DNA of 64,000 nt from Camelus ferus (Eukaryota): positions 103,542,001 to 103,606,000 of the forward strand of contig NC_045696.1 in assembly GCF_009834535.1 (NCBI RefSeq). Reading direction: 5' to 3'. How positions within the stretch are numbered: the first letter of the stretch is position 1; every line of letters begins with the position of its first letter. A model generated the notes under the pieces. That model ran no database searches and was not told the DNA's origin. It saw only the letters and a program-made list of their open reading frames with translations. Positions 52,701-63,860 of the stretch are shown piece after piece. Made by a program: the position numbers and the translations under genes.

Positions 52701-55700
52701 GTTTCTCTTATGCAACCCCCCCACCCCTAAACTGTGGATGGACATCTTTCGTGATATCCAGACTTTCTGCCTTGCATTAGACATAATCAAGAGCATGTCT
52801 CCTCTCTGTGTTGTACCAAAGACTCCCTCAGACAGCTGCATTGCCTTAAATATACCTGTATCTTCCTTAGCAATGAGCCGCATGTCTTGTACAAACTGGC
52901 CTTCAACAAATATTTGTTGAAAGAATAAATGAATGACAAGAGACTCTTTTTGAGAACCTCCCCATTTACTCAGGAACAAGAGCTCTAAGGAGGTTTTGGT
53001 GTGTCATTTTCAGTGATGACTTGATGAGGCACAAGGAACCAGAATTTTGCCCTCCCGGCCTTTGCCTCCCCAGCCTAGAGCAGGAAGGACCGTGAAGGAA
53101 CTCTGCGTTCCAGCCTTACTTGCAGTAATCGAGGATGAGAGAACGCAAACTGCTGAACTGCAGAGCTGTCCCAAGTCTCCCCAGAGACCACGCATCCATC
53201 CTGCAATCCATGAGTTTGAGGGTGGTAAATGGGCAGGCGCGCCCCTTCGATTCCAGAAGCGAAGCCTGAGAACACAAGGTAAAGAGCTCTGACACTATGC
53301 AGACCAACATGCCCTGTGTCTTAGTATGTTACTTTAAAGTCACTTATGTTAATTTCCTCAACATTTTTAACTCTAAGATAATGTTCTAATTACCCAAGGA
53401 GAAAGTAGCATGAAAACAAAATAATTTCCCTTTAAAATGAAGACTCATTGAAGAATTACATGGGAGATGCCAAGCTTGATGGTGAGATAGGACATATTGT
53501 AGCACAATATAAGCACGAGTCTGTGGGAAGGTCATTTCTTGTGGTAACAAAGGATCCCAGTGACACTTAAATCCCCACCTAACTGATAGGAGAGGGATTT
53601 TAAAGCTACAAATCGTGAAGGACACCTTTTAGCAATTAGCATCACCGCAACCTGAGGATTCCTTCAGTTCAGAATTTAAGCCTCAAAAAGGCTCTGGTGG
53701 GGTTGGGAGGATTTAGGGTTTTTTGAGGTAATGACATGTTGGTCAGAGAGAGGATTCCAAATTATACTTTGGTTGGGAATGAAAAAGCACTTGCAACCTT
53801 AACTACAGAGCTGGTGCCTGAGGCCTCTTTAATGAAAGAACATCTAGTTGGTTTGAGCGCTGGATCGGATTCTCAAGCTGCGTTTTTGATAGAGGAGGCC
53901 ATGTGGCACGTCACTGCTGATGTTAACGTTGGTCTCTGCAAAATAAACTCTGGACCAGGTCCTAAAGATCTCAACCAGTGCTTTGCAGTGCCATCCCTTG
54001 GGCATCATCACTGCTGCGGGCAAGACCGCAGCTGTCTTCGATAGAATTTCTCAGCAGCCTCCAGATTACCCAGAGGGCTACATTTTAAGGAACTGCTAAG
54101 GACCACTTTCAACTTTTAACTTTTAATGGACAGCATTCTCTTTCTGGCTTGAATGGCCTGGGTACCCTGACTTACCCTCTGAATAAAAACAACCCGAAAT
54201 TCTGCTTATATATTTAAAATATCTTTTTTAAAAATTATTTTTAAATTGTGGTCAAATACACTTACAATCTACCATCTTAATCATTTTCAAGTGTACAGCT
54301 CAGTGACATTAAGTATATTCACATTGTTGTGCAACCCTCACCACCATCCATCTCCAGAACTTTTTTTCATCTTGCAAATCTGAAACTCTGTACCCATTAA
54401 ACAAAAGCTCCCATTCTCCCCTCCCTCAAACCCCTGGCAACTGCCATTCTACTTTCTGTCTCTATGAATTTGACTTCTCTAGGTACCTCTTATAAGTGGA
54501 ATGCTACAGTATTTATCCTTTTGTGTCTAACTTATTTCACTTAGCATGAGTTCCTCAGGGGGTTCATCCATATGTTATTTTGTTTTGTTTTGTTTTGTTT
54601 GGTAGTAACAATCCTAGTCAATGACGTTGAGTATCTCATTGTGGTTTTGATTTGCATTTCTCTAATAATTAATGATGTTGAACTTCTTTTCAGTTGCTTA
54701 TTGGTTATTAGTATGTCTTCTTTGGAGAATGTCTATTCAAGTCCTTTATCCACTTTAAAATCAGGTTGTTTTTTGTTGTAGAGTTATGGGAGTTCTTTAT
54801 ATATTCTGGATATTAACCCCTTATCAGATATAGAATTTGCAATTATCGTCTCCCTTTTCACTCGGTTGATTCTGTCATTTGATGCACAGAAGTTTTTCAT
54901 TTTGAGGTAGTCCCATTCATCTAGTTTTTCTTTTGTTGTCTGTGCTTTTAGTGTCATATCCAAGAAATCGTTGCCAAATCCAGTCTCATAGTTTTCCTCC
55001 ATGTGTTCATCTGAGAGTTTTAAAAATATCTTTTTAAAATGTGTTGATTGACTGGTAGGTTAGTGAGGAATACACAAAAGACAATAAATGAGAGAAAGTG
55101 GGAACCTAGAAGGGTTACAAGGCACTGAAGCCAGCTTTCCCTTTAGGAATATCAGTAAAGGAATAGATTTGAACTTTGGTTTTCATGCATCATACAGTCT
55201 AGGGGATAGATTAAGCCCAAGGTGAAGAGTCCAGTAGGAAATTCTGCAAAGAGATGTGGCCCAAAACATAAGGTGAGCTATAGTGCTATGCCCTCAGAGT
55301 AAGGATGAACTAGAAATAAAGCCAGCTCTGCCTTCCGCAAAGGATCCCAGGGAAGTGGCCTATCTCAAACTGATACTGAGTGTATGGGAAAAAATACCCC
55401 CCTGAGAACTCACAAACTAGCCATAGCACAGGTTAGCACCCTGAATTAACATCACCTGGATGGTTCCAGGAAACATCAGATCAAGAATTTAATTTCACGT
55501 AGCTCTGAGATGGCAGCATCCTGAGTATGTGGCAGAAGCAAATGCAGATCCTCTCTGGAGAAAGCGGTCTTCAAATCAGAGCTCAAGGAGTGGCCACAAC
55601 TGGTTTTTTTTTTTGCAGGAAATATGAGTTTACAGTAAAAAATAAATCACAAAAACATACAAAGAAATGTCACCATAAGTGAGAGTCAGCAGAATCAAGA

Positions 55701-56361
55701 GTCAGCAGTATCAGACTCCAACATAATTCAGATTATTGAAACTGTTAAATGCAGATTATAAAATAAGTTTAACACATTCGGATAAATAAAATTAGGGATT
55801 TTTTTAAAAGGCAAGAGAGGAGAAAAATGGGCACCAATGCCCTCTTCCAATCTCCACTTCCTTCCTCCTCCCTGAGAGCTATTTTATGATAAACATTATA
55901 GCCTTACCTGTTTTTTGAACTTCATATGAATGCAAGCATAGAGTATGTATTCCTTTTTTTTAATTTTTAAAAAGTTTATTTATTTATTTATTTTTATTTT
56001 TCTGGTTGGGGGAGGTAATTAGGTTTGTTTATTTTTAATGGAAGTACTGGAGATTGAACAGAGGACTTCATGCATGCTAAACATGCGCTCTACCACCAAG
56101 CTATACCTTCTCCCCAGTATGTATCCTCTCTTCATTTGTACAACATTATGTTAGCGAGAGTTATCATATCTTATTTTTGCATAGCTGTAGTTAGTGTATT
56201 TTCATTGCTATATAGTACTCTACTATATAAATATGCTATGATTTCTTTATCCACTCTATGTTGATAGACATTTGGTTGCTTCCAGTTCTTGGCTATTTTG
56301 ACTAAAGCTTCCAGGAACATTTGGTGTATGTCTCTTGGGGCCCCCCAGCCCCACCAACACA

Positions 56362-56394
<33 letters not shown>

Positions 56395-59300
56395 CCCATG
56401 CATACGCACGCACGCACATTTATGTTTGGTATATGACTATAGAGTGGAATTGCTGGATCGTAGACTTTGGTATCAGTAGAGACTTCAATACAGTTTTCCA
56501 GATGTACCAATTACGCGCCCATCACAGTGTATGAAAATTTCAGTTGTTCCCTATCCTCACTGACACTTGGTAATCTGCTTTTATTTTCATTCTTCCAGTG
56601 GCTATGTAGTGGTATCTCTTCATGTTTCTAATTTTTATTCTCTTCATTCCTAATGAAGTTGGACATCTTTTTATATGTTTATTGGCTGCTTGATATCTTC
56701 TTTTGTAAAATGCCTATTCAAGTTTTTGATCATGTTTCTACTGGATTATTTCTCTTTTTCTTATATAGCCTGCATAGGAACCTTTTTGGTTATATATGTA
56801 GCACATATCTTTTCTAGGTCTGTGGCTTCCTTTTTACTTTCTTAATGGTAACTCTTGTTGAACATTAGTTGTAATGGAGTCCAATTTATCAGTCTTTTAT
56901 GGTTGGTGCTTTTTGTGCCTGCTTGAGAAGTTTTTCTCCACCCCAGTCACGGTGGTATTTTCCTTTATTATCATCTGGAAACTTTATTGTTTTGCCTTAA
57001 ATTTGTAGCCCATCTGGAATTGATTCTGGGGTATAATGTGAAGTAGGAATCAAGCTTCTTTGCCTCCCATACTGTGTATTTTAGTTCCTCTTGTTGTCCT
57101 CAGTGAAAGGATTGATCTGAATGATCTGATTGCCCTTTCCGAAAGTGAAGTTCTATATATGTTCACAAAAATGGAACTTCAATTAAAAAATGATAATGAT
57201 TAATCTATAAGTGTATATCCAGCAAAACTATCATTCAAGGATAAAGGTTATGTGTGATACGATAGCAGTCAAAATTAGTGAACAAGGAGACATTTTGACA
57301 ACATAATGTGAATAAAAGAGTAAGTCGCAAAATCATACACAAAGTACAGTGTCATGCATGTAAGTAAAAACATACGTGCACATGTAATACAAGTGTAAAA
57401 ACATGCATGGGGTTGTTACACATCAGCTCGAGGCTGGTAGTACCTCTGGGAAGTAGCTGGGGGAAAAGAAGTGAGATGAAGCTTTAGCTATTGTGTTTAT
57501 AAATGTCTGCAATTTTCATTTTTTAAAACACATGACTCACGAGTCTGGCCACCTCTGGGTTGCTCAGTTGAAGGCCCCAGATGGAGATCTCTCTCCCCAG
57601 CATGTAACACTCATCCTGCACGGTCATGAGCAGAGGTTCCAAGGAAACTGGTAGGATGCTTGGTGGGGAATCATCAGGTCTTACAAGTACAAACTGGAAT
57701 GGAAGAAAAAACTATAGGTGGGCATCGTAAAGAGAGGGCCATGTATCCGAATATGTGGAGAAAGAGTATTGTCATTAGACAACGTCAGAAGAACATTTAA
57801 GATTGTTACTGACTTTGGATCAGGCGTGCATTGGGGTGATAATTCAGTACAAACTTGGGACTTCCTGCCCTGTGCAAAGCTCCATGAAAAGTCCCATAGG
57901 GCAGAGATTTTTTTCAGCATGGCCATTATTGGGTCAGGAAATCAGTTTAGTGGGTTGCAACCAGCTTACTTTTTTTTTCTTTAATGAAACAGAAAAGAGA
58001 AGTTATGTGAGTGTATCCTATGCAGTAAGGAATAATTGTCTCATGAGACTTTTATTTGAGTGACATTCAAAATCAAAACAGAGACCCAACCAAAGCAACC
58101 AGCCCAACAGAAACAGCTCTTATGGTCATACTGATTCATAACAGTACTTATAAACTGGGTCACGATGTTAATTATATTTCTAATGGAAAACATTGCTGAC
58201 GAGGTTATAGATTTGAACAAGATTTATGATTAACCCTTATGATTAAGTGGTGGAGGCTAATTATAAATACTACCATAGGAAAAATTAATTAGTGATTGTT
58301 TTACCACAAGAAAAGATGGCCTCCATTGGGGTGAGCTGGGAGATGTGCGGGGGAGAAGCTACTGCAAAAGAAGGAATCAGAGAGACCTAGGAGGGCACAG
58401 AGGGGAGAGGAGAGTAGAAGAGGTGGAGAGGGAGAGGCTGAAGGCACAGGACGGGAGGAGGGGGGAGGGCAGCTGCTCTGGGAAACGGAAGCTCAGGCGA
58501 AAGATGGTTAAAGAGGAACTTCAGGAGGTTCTTTTTGTGCGGGGTGCAATGTCATCACCCTTCTATCCCCCAAAAACATTTAGGAAAATATGGGTGAAAT
58601 GGATTTCTGTCAAAGTCACCTTAAAATAATGATTTTTTTTAAACAACCCATCTCTAATTATTTTGTTTAATTTGTTGTCTTGTTTAACACTCAGCATTTT
58701 AGGAAATTAGTAGGTATGTGATTATTAAAACATAGACTGTCTTTCTGGGCTGGTGATAGAAAAGCTGTAAAGCCGGGCAGTCCATTGTTGGGTGCCAGGC
58801 TCCCTCTTCTGGTCTCTCAGGTGCCTCTTCCCATGAGTTGACCATTTATTTCACTGCTGGTCTCTCTTTTTTCCCCCTCTCATCCAGTTCCTGGATTTAA
58901 TCTCAGAAAAGATACATCAGATTTTTTCCTGAAATCCCAATTATATGTTTGCTGACCTCACTCCAAGTGAGATGGGAGATGTGGATGTGTGCAGGTCTGG
59001 CCTGATGGCAGGGACACATCAGTTGTCAAGGCAAGAAGACATTCTCTTAGAGTCAGGTCGGGTGGCTGGAGTGCTGGGGAGGGAGGTCTTGGAGTGATGA
59101 CAGAAGTGGTGCTTTTGAGCTGGGCTCTTAGAGGTAGAGTGGGAGGAGGGGCAGGTTGGCCATTCCAGAGGTGAAGTGGTGTGAGAAAAGGCAGCCCTGT
59201 TGGAAGGACTGGGATGGGCAGATTCAGAAATAGGACTGGGAAGACAGGAGAATTGCTGAGCAGATCTTGGTGCCAGAGACAGGCTTTGGATGTCATTCAG

Positions 59301-59578
59301 GCAGGAACCACCAGTTCTGGGCTGGAGGGGACTGAGGACCTGTGTTCCTTGGGAGAAAACTCATCAGTTCATTTCAGGGAAGGAGAGGATACACTTACCT
59401 TGCTGAGAATCTGCTCGTTGTTGATACTGGTTTTCAAGTCCCTTTTGATGGCCGGACACACGGACGTCTGAGTCTGGGCACAATGCTTCTCATACGTTTT
59501 CAGGAACTTTTGAAGAGTTGTAACGATGGGCAGGGGTGCTCCTTTAGTTTTTCGATTTCCTTCCCTTTCTCTTGGCAT
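22585..59578 (-). CDS. Uncharacterised leucine-rich-repeat protein (RI/RNI-like class), 9 coding exons, 416 aa
   Basis: Exons 59578-59399, 57693-57541, 53265-53120, 51095-50955, 50558-50413, 44311-44216, 35951-35816, 29517-29411 and 22730-22585 sum to 1251 bp. All introns are GT-AG with matching phases (0,0,2,2,1,1,2,1) and there is no internal stop. LRR motifs: [66 protein letters not shown]. Confidence 0.88.
23133..23255 (+). mobile_element. MER21-like LTR fragment
   Basis: CTGAGTCCTGTGAGCTGCTTTAGAAAATTAATTGAACCCAAGGAGG...AGCCAGTTGGTCAGAAGTACAGGTAACAACCTGG. Confidence 0.65.
26810..27475. mobile_element. L2 3' fragment
   Basis: Ends with CTAGAACAGGGCCTGGCACATAGTAGGCATTTAATAAATAT, the L2 3' terminus motif. 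Confidence 0.7.
29411..29517 (-). CDS. LRR gene coding exon 8
   Basis: tttcctctggtcag|C...ACAG|gtaggg; encodes [35 protein letters not shown]. Confidence 0.88.
31527..31681. mobile_element. MER91-like hAT element
   Basis: GGGCCCCGTGCTCAGAAGGGC...CTTGAAGTTCTTAATAAT...CACTGGGTCCCTACAAATT. Confidence 0.6.
32600..34930 (+). mobile_element. Degenerate old L1 (ORF1 end and ORF2 endonuclease/RT start)
   Basis: L1 motifs AAAGTCTTAAAAGCAGCCAGAGAAAA, ACTATATGCTGTCTACAAGA and CCAGGTCCAGATG..TTCACTGGTGAATTCTACCAA; many stops. Confidence 0.85.
34203..34263. repeat. Perfect 28-bp direct repeat, period 33
   Basis: TGTTAATATAAACATTTATATTTGAAAT at 34203-34230 and 34236-34263. Confidence 0.9.
35816..35951 (-). 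CDS. LRR gene coding exon 7
   Basis: attttgcag|GA...CG|gtgagt; encodes (G)[44 protein letters not shown](R). Not in the ORF track. Confidence 0.86.
40645..40830. mobile_element. MER5A-like hAT MITE
   Basis: TIRs CAGTGGTTTTCAAA ... TTTGAGAACCACTG, length about 186 bp. Confidence 0.82.
41570..42470 (-). mobile_element. L1 3' fragment
   Basis: Minus ORFs give [13 protein letters not shown] and [16 protein letters not shown], typical of the L1 ORF2 C-terminus. Confidence 0.87.
44216..44311 (-). CDS. LRR gene coding exon 6 (96 bp, symmetric phase 1-1, basic)
   Basis: tttcccccatacag|CC...AAGG|gtattt; encodes (A)[31 protein letters not shown]. Confidence 0.72.
46573..46730. mobile_element. MER53-like DNA element
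   Basis: TAGGGTTGTCAGATTTAGC...AATACAGGAC..CCAGTT...CAGATAAACAA. Confidence 0.55.
47165..47540 (-). mobile_element. MLT1A-like LTR
   Basis: AAACAACAAACATTAC..CTCACAGCTCTGGAGACTGGGAAGTCCA...ATGACCTAATCACCTC...GGGGACACAAACATTCAGTCCATAACA. Confidence 0.8.
47870..48210 (+). mobile_element. MLT1A-like LTR
   Basis: GTATTTGGAGATGAGGCCT...AAATAAACCTGTTGTTTAAGCC...GCAGCCTGCGCAGACTAA. Confidence 0.75.
50413..50558 (-). CDS. LRR gene coding exon 5
   Basis: ccccttccccag|T...CAAG|gtaagc; encodes [48 protein letters not shown]. Confidence 0.88.
50955..51095 (-). CDS. LRR gene coding exon 4
   Basis: tttcttttcag|A...CG|gtgagg; encodes [46 protein letters not shown](R). Confidence 0.88.
53120..53265 (-). 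CDS. LRR gene coding exon 3
   Basis: gtgttctcag|GCT...AA|gtaagg; encodes [48 protein letters not shown](K). Confidence 0.87.
54235..55020 (-). mobile_element. L1 fragment (L1MB-like)
   Basis: Minus [13 protein letters not shown]...[13 protein letters not shown] resembles L1 ORF2. Confidence 0.8.
55953..56115 (-). mobile_element. tRNA-derived camelid SINE (Vic-1-like)
   Basis: GGAAGTACTGGAGATTGAAC...CTCTACCACCAAGCTATACC with a T-rich tail. Confidence 0.82.
56120..57050 (-). mobile_element. Old L1 3' fragment with a (CA)n microsatellite
   Basis: IAKNWKQP and YDPAIPL motifs on the minus strand. Confidence 0.7.
57541..57693 (-). CDS. LRR gene coding exon 2
   Basis: ttcttccattccag|TTT...CTC|gtgagt, 153 bp, phase 0-0; encodes [51 protein letters not shown]. 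This frame is not in the ORF track. Confidence 0.8.
59399..59578 (-). CDS. LRR gene coding exon 1
   Basis: Encodes [60 protein letters not shown]. In-frame TAA lies 5 codons upstream of the ATG; consensus donor AAG|GTAAGT. Confidence 0.8.
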
Positions 59579-59969
59579 CGTTTTATAGTGTTAGATTACA
59601 CTTGGATTCTGAAGACAGTAACTTGCCGTGAAACTCAACACACAGATGTCTTTTTAAGGAGCAGATCACACTTCTCCCACTAAAAATTGGCAAGTATTGC
59701 TGCACACCCTTCTCTGAAAATCGTAAAGTGCTTCACTAATCTTAAAATGGGAGTAGGGAATCAAAATAGAGATAGTTGAGCAGAATTTTTCAATTTGCAA
59801 CTTCTATATTCATAGAACCAGGTTCTTTTTAGATTGTTTAATAGGAGCAGTACTCATGGAACTTAATTATAAAGGAACATAATTAACATTAATAGTGGGT
59901 ACAAATATTTCCAAGGACATATGATTTAAAAGTGGCGTAAATCTCTTCATAGACATAGTTCTTGCTGGG

Positions 59970-60200
59970 CAGTATATTATAGTGATTAAGAATGAGGGGA
60001 ACAGACCTGGATTTTAGTGTTATCTCCACTATGTGATTCATTGGGTGGCCTTAGATAAATTATGAAGACTCTTCAAGCCTCTATTTCCCTATCTGTAAAA
60101 TGGATTACGGTTGTCCTAAGCGTTAAATAAGATAAGTTTATAAAGCACTTAGCACAGTGCCTGGCACATAGTGGAAGTGCTCAATAAACTTTATTATTAT
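59970..60200 (+). mobile_element. MIR SINE
   Basis: CTATCTGTAAAATGG...AAAGCACTTAGCACAGTGCCTGGCACATAGT...TGCTCAATAAA. Confidence 0.7.
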
Positions 60201-61564
60201 TATTGTTGCTCTGGCCACAAGAATCAGTACTGATTTTGTCCTTTTAATTATCCAGCCTCGGAGAGTCTCAGGGTGTGATAACTTAATTTAACAGTTGGGT
60301 CTCTGAACTGGGTTCATAGGTTTATGGGAATTATTAGAGTTTTCCCACTTGACAAAGTTTCTAGATAGAGACTGTCAAAAAAAAATGTGTTTATTATCTT
60401 ACATTAGAAGTGGCTCTCCTTGTTGAATCCAAGCCTGGTGGAGCATTCCAGTGAAGCCGGAAGGAGACAGGGGCTGTTGAGAAAAGCAGACATCAGGAGG
60501 AATACCACTTCATTGCTGCCACTACCATTACTTTCCTACCTGCATTACTGTAGCAGCCTGTGCGCCCTACTTAGGTCTGTTTTCCACCCAGTTGCCAAAG
60601 TGATGTTTTTGAAACATAAATCAGGTCATATGACTCTTCTGCTTAAATCTCTCCAATGGTTTCCTATTACATTTATCTTTACTGAATTTTATATACACTT
60701 ATTCTACCAGTTATTGAGAAAGGTATATAAATGTAAATTTCTTTCTGCTATTAATCCATAAATGTTTGTTTCATTTATTTTGAAGCTATATTACTAGATA
60801 TATTGCAAGTTTAGAACTGATAAATTTTCCTGGAGGAATCTACTGTTTTGCCATTATTTAATATCCCTCTTTATATCTAGAAATGCTTCATGTCTCAGAA
60901 CCACAGTTCCCAAACTGTGTGCTGAGGTGCCTGGAGGCACTACAAACTTATAGGGCACTTCAGGATATTTTAAATTTTCAAGGGAAAGCTAGCAACACCT
61001 GTTAGATGCTATTGAGCTACTGGAGGTAATTCATCTTTTCAAATTAGATCACACTTGTATTAGTATCCTATTGCTGCATAACAAATTAGCCCATCATTAC
61101 TGAAAACCATTCTGGAAAGAGAGAGTGAACCCCACAGAATGTAGAGACACAGATACTGGGATAAGGGAAAATCACAATAGTAATAGCTTTGGTTGAGACT
61201 ATACAGATTGTCTGATCCAGGGAAGCCATCACTAGGATGACCAGTGGTCCCAGGACTTTGAGTGCTAAAACCAGGAAAGTACTGGGCAAACCAATGGTTA
61301 TTTACCCTGCCAGTCCCTACATCCATGGCCGTCACTGTAGTCCCAGAATTCTGCTCACAGCTGTGCTTCAGTCAGCTGCTGCAGAGCAGCCAGACTTGGC
61401 AGCTACCTAAAACCTATTTGCCGTCTTGGGCCTGGTCTTTGTTTTACATGGAACAAAAATAAGGCCTGGGATGGGAAAGAAAGGACTTGTTCTGGCTGAA
61501 AACCAAACTGGGCCTACTGACTCCCAAGACTATTCTGTATTTTTTGCATGTTAAGTTTTTTAGT

Positions 61565-61940
61565 TTTTAATTAAAAATAGTCAGTTTACAATGTTGTGTC
61601 AATTTCTGGTGTACAGCATGTTTCAGTCATACATATACATACATATATATTCCTTTTCATATTCTTTTTCATTATAGGTTACTACAAGATATTGAATCTA
61701 GTTCCCTGTGCTATACTGTAGAAACTTGTTGTATATCTATTTTATATATAGTACTTAGTATCTGCAAATCTTGAACTCCCAATTTATCCCTTCATACTTC
61801 CCTTTCCGCCCTGGTAACCATAAATTTGTTTTCTATGTCTGCTGAGTCTGTTTCTGTTTTGTAAGTAAGTTCATTTGTGTCATTTTTTTTTAAGATTCCA
61901 CATATGAGTGATACCATATGGTATTTTTCTTTCTCTTTCT
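61565..61940 (-). mobile_element. Younger artiodactyl L1 3' end
   Basis: Same 3' sequence as 7955-8235 in reverse; KYHMVSLICGI...NELTYKTETDS. Confidence 0.8.
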
Positions 61941-62474
61941 GCTTACCAAGACTACTTTTTGGAAAGCATCTCAGGTGATGCTTATCATTGGGCAATTGGC
62001 AAACACTGCATGGCATCATGGGAGACTGTGCGGGTGGGGAGGGGGCAGCCCAGGCTTCCAGTTAAGAACTTGTTTGAATCCTGTGCCTGTCAATTATTAG
62101 CAGGGTGATTGTGGGTAATCTGCTTCACTTCCCTGAAACTCATTCTCTTCATCTGTAAAAATGATGGGGATATTGACCTCTTTGACATTTGTAAAGATTA
62201 AATGAGATAACAAATGTAAAGTTTTTTCATTAGTAACATGTAGTTGATGATAACAAAGAATCATTATGAGGAATAATGGGTTAGTGCATGACAAATGCTA
62301 AGAACAGAGCCTGGCACGTAGTAAATGCTCAGGTGGGACACCTGAGGCATAGTGAGGTTAAGTGATTTGTCTAAGGGCAGACACTGGTAAATGGTGCAGC
62401 TGGGATTGAAATTCAGACAGTCTGGCTCCATGGCCCAAATTCCTAACCACTCTAAGGTACCACCTATTAGATAC

Positions 62475-62862
62475 TGTTATGGACTGAATATTTGCAGCCT
62501 CCCCCCATCCCCATTTATATGTTGAAGCCCTAACCCCCTAGTGTGATGGTATTTGGAGATGGGGCCTTTGTGAGATAATTAGGGTTAGATGAGGTCATGA
62601 GGGTGGGGCCCTAATGATGGGATTAGTGTCCTTATAAGAAAAGATACCTGAGAGCTCATTCCCTGTTCCCCCTTCCACCTCCCCCACCTCCCCCACCTCC
62701 CCCAAGCTGTTGAGGTGGCCATCACCTACAGGCAAAGAGAAACAGCTTCAAAATGAAGCTTACATTACTGGCACCTTGATCTTGGATTTCCCAGCCTCCA
62801 AACTTGGGAAAAATAGATTTCTGTTGTCTATGGTGTTTGATTATGGCAGCCCAAGCTAAGAT
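62475..62862 (+). mobile_element. MLT1A0-like LTR
   Basis: TGTTATGGACTGAAT...GGTATTTGGAGATGGGGCCTTTG...GGCACCTTGATCTTGGA..TCCCAGCCTCCA. Confidence 0.8.
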
Positions 62863-63122
62863 GGTACTTATTCACAATATGAAGTATTTCTCATCAGCCT
62901 TTTCTGGGTATTTACAGAAGCACAAAGTATACACACATACAATCTATAAACATTCTATTAAGACACTCTTAAGTTTTGAGTTTTTTGGTTACTATTTTAT
63001 CATGAACGTTCTTCATGTCATTTCCATACAGAGTAAATGTGTGGCCCAGGCTGGCAACTACCTAGGTGCTCAAGGCCAGAGTCATTGGCTGAGAAGTTAA
63101 GGAGGAGGCCTAAGGAGTAGAT

Positions 63123-63224
63123 ATGTGAAGGAAAAGCTGGGCTGGTCTAACAAGATAACTCACAGGTCTAGGAATGTGAAGGAGAGGCTGGGCTGGGCTA
63201 ACAAGATAACTCACAAGTCTAAGT
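63123..63224. repeat. 51-bp tandem duplication (2 copies)
   Basis: ATGTGAAGGA(A/G)A(A/G)GCTGGGCTGG(T/G)CTAACAAGATAACTCACA(G/A)GTCTA occurs at 63123 and 63174. Confidence 0.9.
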
Positions 63225-63379
63225 ATTGGAATACTGATCTGAGTTCTGCTGGACTAACTTGTAAATCTAAGTTAATTAGTGTTGGTTTGCTGTTTATGTT
63301 TTTTTGCTAGCCAGCTGGATTTTCAGAGATACATATCTGGCTTTGAAATGTTGGTTTGCTGCCTCCCCACCTCCACTTT

Positions 63380-63586
63380 TGTGATGATAATGATGCTAAA
63401 GCTGTTCCTTGCCTATTGGCTGAATACCCCAAGCTTGTACTTTACCCTTTAAAACCTCATGCGCACGTCTTGGATGTGCTCAGAGCTTCGGAGCGGAAGT
63501 CCCTCTGAGCCCGCTGGCTTAACATCTGAGTACTCCAACCCTCCGAGTGGTGCTTGTTTCTTGATTGGCCTGTCGTTTCCGTAACA
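63380..63586 (+). mobile_element. Probable ERV LTR fragment
   Basis: TATA-like TTTAAAA followed by a U5-like stretch ending in ...TTCCGTAACA; family not identified. Confidence 0.45.
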
Positions 63587-63860
63587 GATACTCTGCTAGG
63601 TTTTCTCAGCTCCTCTGGCTTGACTCTTCTAAATGTGGTGGTGGGAGTGGGTCTGAGGGGGTGACAGCAGAGCCAGAGGGCCCTGCAGTGGAGGAGGAGG
63701 GGGAGGGGGAGGAGGAAGAGGAGGAGGAGCTCCCAGCCAGCCCAGCCCCAACAGCTGTGGGCTCCCAGGGCACAGGGAGAGGGAAGGCAAAGCGGGGCTG
63801 CTTTCTGCTCCCTCTTCTAAGGCAACAATTTCAACAGATTCGGGAAAGAATCCTCATTAC

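Noticed and set aside
53830..53937. Acceptor-like ttttgcag followed by short open frames in LRR intron 2
   Set aside because: All three frames reach stops and no donor is needed, since exons 2 and 3 already join in phase 0.
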